Source: an uncultured bacterium
GTDB lineage: Bacteria; Chloroflexota; Dehalococcoidia; Lucifugimonadales; UBA3495
Length of the DNA: 56,012 nucleotides
NCBI GenBank assembly: GCA_963997925.1
Contig: CAXEOX010000005.1
Coordinates: 1 to 56,012, forward strand
Direction: 5' to 3'
Positions 41,782 through 49,527 of the stretch are shown here, one piece after another (positions within the stretch are counted from its first letter, which is position 1; each line of letters begins with the position of its first letter). Below the pieces are notes generated by a model, which saw only the letters and a list, made by a program, of their open reading frames with translations, was not told the DNA's origin and searched no databases. The position numbers and the translations under genes were made by a program.

Positions 41782-42546
41782 TTAAGGATGGGCGTTCAGT
41801 CCGCCGTCTACGTATACTGCTTGGCCGGTGGTGTAGTCGCAGGATTCGGAGCAGAGGTAGACCAGGAGGGGGGCGATGTCTCGGGGATGGCCTTTGCGGT
41901 GTAATGGGGTGTAACGCACCAGCAATTCTTCTTGCTGGACTTCCAGCGGTATATCTTCAGCGGTAGTCCAGCCCGTGCCCAAGGCGTTGACCCTGATGTT
42001 GTGGCGGCCCCACTCGACGGCCAATGAACGAGTTAATGATAATAGGCCCGCTTGGCTGGCGGAGAACGCCGAGGTGTTAATCATGCCCCGCTCCGCAAGT
42101 CCGGAGACCAGATTGACGATTCTGCCATATTGCTTGTCTACCATACGGCGGCCCACTGCTTGGGTGAGCAAGAATGTACTTTTCAGGTTTCGGGATTGGA
42201 CCTCGTCCCATTCTTCCAGCGTTATTTCATCGAAGGGTTTGGCGAACATGCTCTGGACATCGTTCACCAGGATGTCCACTGGACTGTCATGGTGGTCGAA
42301 GGCTTCCATCGCCAGAGAGGTTCCCTGTGTGGTGGCCAAATCAGCCACTACGCCACCGCGGTTGGCAAAGGAGCTTCCTTCCAAGGCTTGCAAGACAGCA
42401 GTTAAATGGGATTGGCGTCGTGCGATGGTGAACACCAACGCACCGGCTTCCGACAGAGCCAGAGCCAGATGGGGAGCTTGGTCACCACCTGTGGTCGCCA
42501 GAATGGCTACCTTGCCGGACAGGTCGTATTCGGGGAGAAGAGGCAT
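41782..42546 (-). CDS. SDR-fold protein with degenerate catalytic and cofactor motifs (pseudo-SDR)
   Basis: Has AFSASQAG where YxxxK is expected, ATTGGDQAP instead of TGxxxGxG, and NDVQ instead of NNAG. Confidence 0.8.
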   Translation of the reverse strand: MPLLPEYDLSGKVAILATTGGDQAPHLALALSEAGALVFTIARRQSHLTAVLQALEGSSFANRGGVVADLATTQGTSLAMEAFDHHDSPVDILVNDVQSMFAKPFDEITLEEWDEVQSRNLKSTFLLTQAVGRRMVDKQYGRIVNLVSGLAERGMINTSAFSASQAGLLSLTRSLAVEWGRHNIRVNALGTGWTTAEDIPLEVQQEELLVRYTPLHRKGHPRDIAPLLVYLCSESCDYTTGQAVYVDGGLNAHP

Positions 42547-42569
42547 CAGCTTTTCCTAAAGGAAAGTGT

Positions 42570-43379
42570 TTACGGTTCCAGAGCGACTAAGGGGGCGTGA
42601 CCGGTGGGGCCTAGTCCGGCTGCCAGACCGCCGCCGTCGGCGAAGAACATCTCTCCGGTCATGTAGTCCGAGGCTTCGGACGACAGAAAGACCGCGATGG
42701 GGCCTAGATCTTCGGGGGTTCCCAGTTTTCCGATGGGAAGGAAGTCTCCGGAACGGGGCAGCGTGCCCCGGATATCCGATTCGGTGGAGGATGTGGGAAT
42801 GAATCCAGGGACGATGGTGTTGGCGGTAACGCCGTACCGGGCCAGGTTGAAGGACAACACCCGGGTCAATTGAATCAGGCCGCCTTTGCTACAGCAGTAC
42901 ATGTAGATGTCCCGTCCGGCTCTCAATCCGAAGCCCGAGGCTACGTTGACAATCTTGCCGTGGCCTTGCTCCGACATCGGCTTTGAAACCGCTCTGGAGC
43001 AGTAGAACGGACCGGTCAGATTAACGTTCATGACCATGTGCCATTCGTCATCGGTGATGTCCCATAATGGCTTGCTGACGTTTTCCTGCACCGCCCCAGC
43101 ATTGTTGATCAAAACGTCTACCTGACCAAAATGGGTGATGGTTGTCGTTACCAGGCGCTCCACTTGGGTGGAGTCGGTCACGTCGGTGGAGATGGCGATG
43201 GCGTCTCTTCCCAATGCCACGACCTCCGCGGCTGCGTCGTCTATCGGACCTTGGCGGCGTCCGGCGATGGCAAGGTTAGCCCCCGCCCGCGCCAGCGCGC
43301 GGACCATGGCCAGACCCAAACCGGTGCCGCCACCGGTGATGATTACTGTTTTCCCGTCCAGGCTAAGTTTGTCCAGCAT
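42570..43379 (-). CDS. short-chain dehydrogenase/reductase (classical, FabG-like)
   Basis: ITGGGTGLGLA, NNAG and YMYCCSKGG (YxxxK) are intact. Confidence 0.9.
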   Translation of the reverse strand: MLDKLSLDGKTVIITGGGTGLGLAMVRALARAGANLAIAGRRQGPIDDAAAEVVALGRDAIAISTDVTDSTQVERLVTTTITHFGQVDVLINNAGAVQENVSKPLWDITDDEWHMVMNVNLTGPFYCSRAVSKPMSEQGHGKIVNVASGFGLRAGRDIYMYCCSKGGLIQLTRVLSFNLARYGVTANTIVPGFIPTSSTESDIRGTLPRSGDFLPIGKLGTPEDLGPIAVFLSSEASDYMTGEMFFADGGGLAAGLGPTGHAPLVALEP

Positions 43380-43426
43380 GGCGTTCCTGTCTGTTTGATT
43401 AATGCCAATTAAGTTGGATCCAGAGT

Positions 43427-43542
43427 GGTACGACCGCCATCCCTTCGGCTGAACTCAGGGCAGGCTCTAACCTTCCCCCATAAAGGGGGAAGGGACATAT
43501 TTCCTCCCCCTTGTGGGGGAGGATTAAGGTGGGGGTCGTACC
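43427..43542. repeat. composite structured element: two 9-bp GC hairpins inside a 9-bp outer stem
   Basis: GGTACGACC...[CCTTCCCCC-ATAAA-GGGGGAAGG]...[TCCTCCCCC-TTGT-GGGGGAGGA]...GGTCGTACC. Confidence 0.75.
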
Positions 43543-43562
43543 CTGCGCCAATACCGCCTGCC

Positions 43563-44348
43563 CTAGGCCTCTGGGCCGTGCAGCGATACATCACCGGCGG
43601 TCATTGTTACCAGGGTGCCGTCGTCCAGCCGGAGCAATAAGTTTCCCATCTCGTCAACTTGTTCCGCCTGCCCCACCCAGGTTTCGTCCCGCCACGTCAC
43701 CCTTACCCTTTTGCCCAGGGTATCCAGCAAGCCTACCCATTCGGGTTGGGGCGACTTTCCGGCGGTGACCTGTAGGTACAGTGAGTCCAAGTCGGTCAGA
43801 AGTTGGCGGAGCACTGCGGCTCTGGCGATAGGGCGTCCAGCGGCCTGTTCCAATCCGGTGGCCTGTCCATCCAGCGCTGCGGCATCGGCATCATCCATCG
43901 TTATGTTAATCCCGATGCCGACGACAGAATAGCATACCTCCGGACCCTCAGCCACGGTCTCCACCAGTATGCCGGCGGCCTTCTTGCCGGACACCAACAC
44001 GTCGTTGGGCCACTTGATGCTGGGGGGCAGTCCGGTGGTTTTGCGGATCGCGCGGGCCACGGCAACTCCGGCAACAACGTTCAACTGGGCCAACGCCACC
44101 GGTGTGGGGCGAAATATCACCGATAGGTACAGGTTACCCATCGCTGATACCCATGTCCGGCCAAAGCGTCCCCGCCCAGCGTGCTGAGTTTCAGCGATTA
44201 TCACGGTGCCCTCTTCCGCCCCGGCCTCGGCCTGACGGGCCGCCTCGTCCATGGTGGAAGAAAGTTCTTGGAAATAAAGGATGCGCTTGCCGACGGTTCT
44301 AGTGAACAGACCGCTGCGCAAAGCCGCAGATACCGGATTGGTTGACAT
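43563..44348 (-). CDS. birA: biotin--[acetyl-CoA-carboxylase] ligase (group I, no N-terminal HTH)
   Basis: AETQHAGRGRFGRTW, KWPNDVL and GILVE motifs, 261 aa. Confidence 0.85.
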   Translation of the reverse strand: MSTNPVSAALRSGLFTRTVGKRILYFQELSSTMDEAARQAEAGAEEGTVIIAETQHAGRGRFGRTWVSAMGNLYLSVIFRPTPVALAQLNVVAGVAVARAIRKTTGLPPSIKWPNDVLVSGKKAAGILVETVAEGPEVCYSVVGIGINITMDDADAAALDGQATGLEQAAGRPIARAAVLRQLLTDLDSLYLQVTAGKSPQPEWVGLLDTLGKRVRVTWRDETWVGQAEQVDEMGNLLLRLDDGTLVTMTAGDVSLHGPEA

Positions 44349-44631
44349 GGATCGGGGCCTTCCTCGCAGTTCGAATCAGGGAAGCATCACTCTTGAAGAC
44401 CGGTGCGATGATACCCAGCCTCAAGCGAGAGTGTCAACTCAGGGGCCGCCTACTATTCGATATGGGGGCGCCCCTAGCGGCTAGGGGTGCGGATACCCTG
44501 TCTGCCATGAGGGCGGTGACGCTACAGTTGAGTCGGAAGCCGGGTGACCGAAGCTGGAAATCCACCGTATTCCAGATGGCTGATCATGGCGGGGATCTGG
44601 ACCGCGCTTACCGGCTGAACCAGGAACATCC

Positions 44632-45528
44632 ATGGGCCACATCATGAGGGAGGATAAGAAATTGAAGAACCCGAAGAATAACACAGGGAACCAGAGCGAT
44701 ACGCCGCTGGCTTTGTCTTGGGACACATTGCCGGATCTGGCCAAGAACCGCTGGGAAGAGGCGGTTGCCTTTGACGTGACGGTTGAAAACCAGTTGGCGA
44801 AGGCCAAGGCCGACCGCACGCTGGCGGAAACCGAACGCCAGAGGATAGCCAAGGAAATCCTGGACGCCACCAAAGACGTTTGCAAAGAGATAATCACCGA
44901 TGGTCAGAGAGCGTTGAACCGGGCCACGAAGATGGAGGCCGAGGCGGCCAAGAACTACAGTCTCAGCCAATCCGAATTGGATCAATCTAGTGCCGTCAGA
45001 GCCGAGGCAGAAAGTTACAGGACCAGGGTATTGGCCGAAGTGGACAAGGAAGCCAAGGAGTATATCGACCTTGCCAAGTCGACCATCGATAAGGAGTGCT
45101 TGTCCCTTAGGACGCAAGCGGCCCAAGAAGCTCAACGTATCTTGGGACAGGTAGAGCTTATGAAGACGGCGGTTCAGGAAGAACTGGAAACACAGAAGAT
45201 CTACACCGACGCAGCTCGGATCAAAGTTAGCTCCGACGAATTGCTGTCGAAACTGCGGGCGATACAAAGCGACCCGGATTATCCGGATGGAAGCGAAGAG
45301 GACGGAGAGCCGTCCGGCACCGAAGTGAACAAGGATCAACTGGCGTTCACGCTAGAGCAGACGGCGCTGACGGAAAATGGCGTCACCGATGACGTCTTGT
45401 CCGAAGAGTACGGGCCGGAGTTGGAAGTCCCGGCATCGGATAGCCCGGAGCTGGATACCGCGGTTGTGGAACCTAAGGAAGGGCAAAATGGAAAGAAAAA
45501 TTCCCGCAAGGCCAGTGCGGCAAAGTAA
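44632..45528 (+). CDS. hypothetical coiled-coil protein, Lys/Glu-rich
   Basis: 298 aa with long heptad-like helical stretches and an acidic tail. No family recognised. Followed by a clean terminator. Confidence 0.5.
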   Translation: MGHIMREDKKLKNPKNNTGNQSDTPLALSWDTLPDLAKNRWEEAVAFDVTVENQLAKAKADRTLAETERQRIAKEILDATKDVCKEIITDGQRALNRATKMEAEAAKNYSLSQSELDQSSAVRAEAESYRTRVLAEVDKEAKEYIDLAKSTIDKECLSLRTQAAQEAQRILGQVELMKTAVQEELETQKIYTDAARIKVSSDELLSKLRAIQSDPDYPDGSEEDGEPSGTEVNKDQLAFTLEQTALTENGVTDDVLSEEYGPELEVPASDSPELDTAVVEPKEGQNGKKNSRKASAAK

Positions 45529-45581
45529 GCGCCTTTCCGCTTAAACATCGGCTACGTAGCGATCCTCGGATCGTTCCGATC

Positions 45582-45607
45582 AACCCTCCCCTTTCCGGGG
45601 GAGGGTT
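45582..45607. terminator. rho-independent terminator (between convergent genes)
   Basis: AACCCTCCCC-TTTCCG-GGGGAGGGTT followed by ATTATTTTCTT. Confidence 0.7.
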
Positions 45608-45608
45608 A

Positions 45609-45827
45609 TTATTTTCTTAAACCAGGCACCCAACTGGCACTGAATCGCGCAACGCCTATAGCGGCGAAGGCTCTAAGGGGAAACCAAGCTACGTGCAAAT
45701 CACCAAGATCGTTCGCATCTGAGACGGTTACACCAAGAAGACCCACGGCTTGATAGGCGGCCACGGCTGAACCCAAGCCGACCATGAGTCCGATCGCGCC
45801 ATACCCAAATCGCTTCAGATCAGACAT
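45609..45827 (-). CDS. small 2-TM membrane protein
   Basis: 72 aa with two hydrophobic helices. Starts 7 nt after the stop of the wHTH gene. Confidence 0.4.
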   Translation of the reverse strand: MSDLKRFGYGAIGLMVGLGSAVAAYQAVGLLGVTVSDANDLGDLHVAWFPLRAFAAIGVARFSASWVPGLRK

Positions 45828-45834
45828 GAGAATG

Positions 45835-46176
45835 CTAGGTTGCCGATGGACTATTTCGCGTTGGTGGAGGCCCGTCGCCGAAGAAGATGCCGTCTGGGTG
45901 GATTATCACCGGCCAACTGGAGTCAGGTCCCTCCAGGCGGTAACCCCGGCCCCGCTCTAGGATGATGCGCCTAGGGTTCTGGGGGTCGATTTCCAATTTC
46001 ATTCTCAACCTACCGATGTGTTTGTATAGGTTTCGTGTGCCTTGTTGGCCTTCCCGGTTCAATGATCTATCCATCAGTTGATGCGACTGTATCGCGGTTC
46101 CACCACAACCGATCAACACCTTCAACACCGCCCATTCCTTTCGGGACAATCTGACCAGATTGGTTTCTCTGTCCAA
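45835..46176 (-). CDS. stand-alone OmpR/PhoB-type winged-helix DNA-binding domain protein (no receiver domain)
   Basis: LSRKEWAVLKVL...LYKHIGRLRMKLE...RRIILERGRGYRL is the Trans_reg_C signature, only 113 aa. Confidence 0.7.
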   Translation of the reverse strand: MDRETNLVRLSRKEWAVLKVLIGCGGTAIQSHQLMDRSLNREGQQGTRNLYKHIGRLRMKLEIDPQNPRRIILERGRGYRLEGPDSSWPVIIHPDGIFFGDGPPPTRNSPSAT

Positions 46177-46387
46177 CGGCTCTCCTTTGGTTCTATGGCC
46201 GGGCTAAGAAGCAGTTGTTGTCCCTAACTTCAGGGCGTCGCATAACATGGCCGCCGTCAACCGCCAAAGGGGTCAACCAACGCTTCGTTCCTAGAACTGC
46301 CTCGATCCCAACCGGCCAGAGCTTCCGGAACTTTGGTGAGAAAGAACCCTTGGGTTCTATTTCTACAAATCGAATCTAATGGAAACG

Positions 46388-46406
46388 GGTCACCAACCGG
46401 TCACCA
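46388..46406 (+). promoter_or_regulatory. direct repeat GGTCACCA-ACC-GGTCACCA (11-nt period), candidate wHTH binding site
   Basis: Read directly, in the 366-nt non-coding gap between the wHTH gene and the hydrolase gene. Confidence 0.3.
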
Positions 46407-46548
46407 CTGTGGAGAAAAGTCCTGGCGTGTAGGCCTCTTGAGTCTTCTGATCCCGGCAGTTGTTCCCACCTAGACGCCGTTCCGGAGATTGTCACGCCGC
46501 ACGGTTATGGTTAATATGTCTCTCAATCGGATAGGCAGGTGATTGAGG

Positions 46549-47319
46549 ATGACCACGTTAGAGTGGCTGGACGATGGGAATAAAGAAGGCGGAGTCGCCG
46601 AGCGTCAATTTGTGATTAAAGGCGGCAGGGGACCGGTGCCGGGAATCATGTGGTCTCCCGAGCCAGCGGAGACCCCCGTGCCGCTGGTGTTATTCGGCCA
46701 CGGTGGCAGCGGCCACAAGCGTAACGATCGATGCTTGATGTTGGGGCGAAGGCTCGCCGGAGTTTCCCGGTTGGCCGTCGTGGCGATCGACGGTCCGACC
46801 CATGGGGACCGGGCAAATCCGCGATCGACATCGGAAGGTATTGATCCCATGGAAGTCCTCGCCGACATGGGTGTGGACAACGCTCTCGACGGCATGGTTG
46901 AGGACTGGTGCGATACTCTGGAGCACATCAGTGCGTTGGATCAGATCGACTCGGATCAGGTGGCCTACATGGGCTTCTCCATGGGGACTCGCTTCGGCCT
47001 CCCCTTCGTTGCCGCAGCCGGAGACCGGCTCCGTTGTGCGGTCCTGGGTAAGAACGCCCTGGAACCTTCGGACGAAGCCCGCATGGCCAACAGTCCGGGA
47101 CATCGCTTCAAGAAGGACGCGCCGAACATCCATGTTCCGGTGTTGTTTCACATGCAATGGGACGACGAGTTGTTCGCCAGGGATTCCCAATGCGCTTTGT
47201 TCGACATGATTGCCACAGAAGACAAGCGGCTCATCGCTTACCCCGGACCCCACGGACGGGCAGCGCCGGAAGCGGTCGATGTTTGGTGCCAGTTTCTGGA
47301 GAGTAATTTAAAGGGCTAA
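46549..47319 (+). CDS. alpha/beta hydrolase (dienelactone hydrolase-like)
   Basis: LVLFGHGGSGHK and the nucleophile elbow GFSMGT. Start taken at ATG 46549. Confidence 0.7.
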   Translation: MTTLEWLDDGNKEGGVAERQFVIKGGRGPVPGIMWSPEPAETPVPLVLFGHGGSGHKRNDRCLMLGRRLAGVSRLAVVAIDGPTHGDRANPRSTSEGIDPMEVLADMGVDNALDGMVEDWCDTLEHISALDQIDSDQVAYMGFSMGTRFGLPFVAAAGDRLRCAVLGKNALEPSDEARMANSPGHRFKKDAPNIHVPVLFHMQWDDELFARDSQCALFDMIATEDKRLIAYPGPHGRAAPEAVDVWCQFLESNLKG

Positions 47320-47431
47320 GATGTCACGATAGATAGTCTTTTACTCTTTGATTTGACGACCGGCTTCCTACTCAGGAAATTCTTGATCGACTCTGAATCC
47401 GCGCCCACCTCGGAGCCGCCAAGCGAGGTTT

Positions 47432-49486
47432 ATGGACACCTATTCCGTAGCTGTTGACGTCGGCGGTACTTTCACCGACGTTGTTCTTTGTAACTTGGAA
47501 ACCAACCAGCAAAGTGTTTTCAAGACTCCCTCAACTCCCGACGACCCTAGCGCCGGGTTCTTAACCGGTCTCCAGCAGATCCTGGAGGCCAATGGCGTGA
47601 AGCCCGCCCAGGTGAAACACGTCCTTCACGGGACCACCATAGCGACCAACGCAATCTTGGAGAACAAAGGCTCACGGGTTGGGGTGATGGTGCCGGAAGG
47701 TTTCAAATACGTTCTGGAGATCGGCCGCCACGGCACGCCGCGAATGGTCAATCCCAATTCATGGATCAAGCCGGAGCGTCCCGTACGTCCCCGGGATATA
47801 GAGGAAATCCCGGAGCGGGTGGGCTCCGGCGGAGAAATTCTGGTTCCGCTGGACGAAGCCGCAGTGCGGAAGGCGGCCCGGAGATTTCGGGATGACGGCA
47901 TCTCTTCCATCGCAGTATCGTTCCTGCATTCCTACGCCAATAATGGCCACGAGCGCCGCGCCTTGGAGCTTATCTTGGACGAGTTTTCCGACGCGCAAGT
48001 GTCCCTCTCTTCGGAAGTCCTGGCGGTTTTTCGGGAATATGAGCGGACCATTACAACGGTGTTGAACGCCTACGTCATGCCCCGGGTTAGCACCTACATA
48101 GGCAACCTGGAACAGGCGTTGAAGCGGTTGAAGGTTGACTCTACTCTTTCGATAATGAAGTCCAACGGCGGCATAGTCGGGTCCGGCGTGGCGGTGCACC
48201 AACCGGTTCACACCGCCCTGTCGGGTCCTGCGGCCGGTGTCATGGCTACCTTGCGGATCGGCGAGAGCACCGGCGTCGAGAACTGCATCTCCTTCGACAT
48301 GGGGGGCACCAGCACCGACGTTGCTCTGATAAGAGAGCGGCGTCCGGTAACCAATCTGTCGGGAAGTCTGGGCGACTGGCCGATCCAGTTGCCGATGCTG
48401 GATATAGTGACCATCGGATGTGGGGGAGGCAGCATCGCGGCAGTTTCCGGCTACGGCGTATTGTCAGTTGGGCCCGCCAGCGCCGGGTCGGTTCCCGGTC
48501 CGGTCTGCTACGGCAAAGGCGGAATGGCTCCCACCGTGACCGACGCCAACATAGTGCTGGGACGGATCAATACCGAGATTGCCGGCGGGATACTGTCTCT
48601 GGATGCCCAGGCCGCCGCCGAAGTTATACAGCGGGACATCGCGTCGCCGCTAGGCCTGGGCCTAGAAGCTGCCGCCAGCGGGATTCTCAAGATAGCCAAC
48701 AACACCATGGTCGGAGCTATCCGGAATATCAGCGTTGAAAGGGGTCACGACCCCAAAGAATTTGCCCTCGTCGCCTATGGCGGCGCCGGGCCGATGCACG
48801 CCATCGACGTGGCTAAGTTACTTGGAGTCAACCAAGTCGTTGTGCCTCCCAACCCCGGCATCGCTTCAGCCTTCGGTCTATTGGTCGCCGATTTCAAGAA
48901 CGACTACGCCAGGACTTTCTTGCAGGAGGCGCCGGATTATGACCTGGATGGTATCGAACGGGTCTACTCCGAACTAGAGGCGGAGGGACGGGCTTGGCTC
49001 GATGAGGAAGGTGTGCCTCAAGAGGCGCACATAGTCTCCCGCTCCGCCGATCTCAGGTACGCCCATCAGGGCTCTGAAGTGACGGTCTTGTTGGATGGTG
49101 TCGCGGCAACCAGCGAAACTCTGGACGCACTGATTCAGGAGTTTCACGCGCAGCACCAATTGCTTTATGGGTTCGCCTTGGACCAGCCGGTGGAGATTGT
49201 GACGCTACGGGTGACGGTGTCCGGCGACGTGGGTTCTGTCGCCTTGCCCAAGAAACCCGGTGGCACAGACTCTCCGGAGAAAGCTATCCTGGATCGCCGC
49301 CAGGTGTATTTCGACGAGTCCGATGGTTTCGTCCCATGCAATATCTATCGCCGGGACCAGTTGGCGCCGGGCGCGTCTATCTCGGGGCCGGCCATACTGG
49401 AAGGGATGGATTCCACGGTGTTGATTAACCCGGGATGGGCGGCGCTGGTGGACGATTATGGCAACTGCATAATACGCCCCGATTAA
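47432..49486 (+). CDS. hyuA: hydantoinase/oxoprolinase family, A (ATP-binding) subunit
   Basis: VAVDVGGTFTDVV...HGTTIATNAILE...FDMGGTSTDV motifs, 684 aa. Confidence 0.9.
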   Translation: MDTYSVAVDVGGTFTDVVLCNLETNQQSVFKTPSTPDDPSAGFLTGLQQILEANGVKPAQVKHVLHGTTIATNAILENKGSRVGVMVPEGFKYVLEIGRHGTPRMVNPNSWIKPERPVRPRDIEEIPERVGSGGEILVPLDEAAVRKAARRFRDDGISSIAVSFLHSYANNGHERRALELILDEFSDAQVSLSSEVLAVFREYERTITTVLNAYVMPRVSTYIGNLEQALKRLKVDSTLSIMKSNGGIVGSGVAVHQPVHTALSGPAAGVMATLRIGESTGVENCISFDMGGTSTDVALIRERRPVTNLSGSLGDWPIQLPMLDIVTIGCGGGSIAAVSGYGVLSVGPASAGSVPGPVCYGKGGMAPTVTDANIVLGRINTEIAGGILSLDAQAAAEVIQRDIASPLGLGLEAAASGILKIANNTMVGAIRNISVERGHDPKEFALVAYGGAGPMHAIDVAKLLGVNQVVVPPNPGIASAFGLLVADFKNDYARTFLQEAPDYDLDGIERVYSELEAEGRAWLDEEGVPQEAHIVSRSADLRYAHQGSEVTVLLDGVAATSETLDALIQEFHAQHQLLYGFALDQPVEIVTLRVTVSGDVGSVALPKKPGGTDSPEKAILDRRQVYFDESDGFVPCNIYRRDQLAPGASISGPAILEGMDSTVLINPGWAALVDDYGNCIIRPD

Positions 49487-49527
49487 CTCAGGACAGCTAA
49501 TCCTCGATTCCAAGAGGTGTACCCAGC

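Noticed and set aside
43409-43594. Small ORFs that translate repeat elements (also 27066-27248, 5103-5315, 5161-5367)
   Set aside because: Their sequences (PPQGGG..., PLSLRERGRA..., VGAHGRAPL...) are just translations of the GC-rich palindromes, or of the RAYT tail in a wrong frame.
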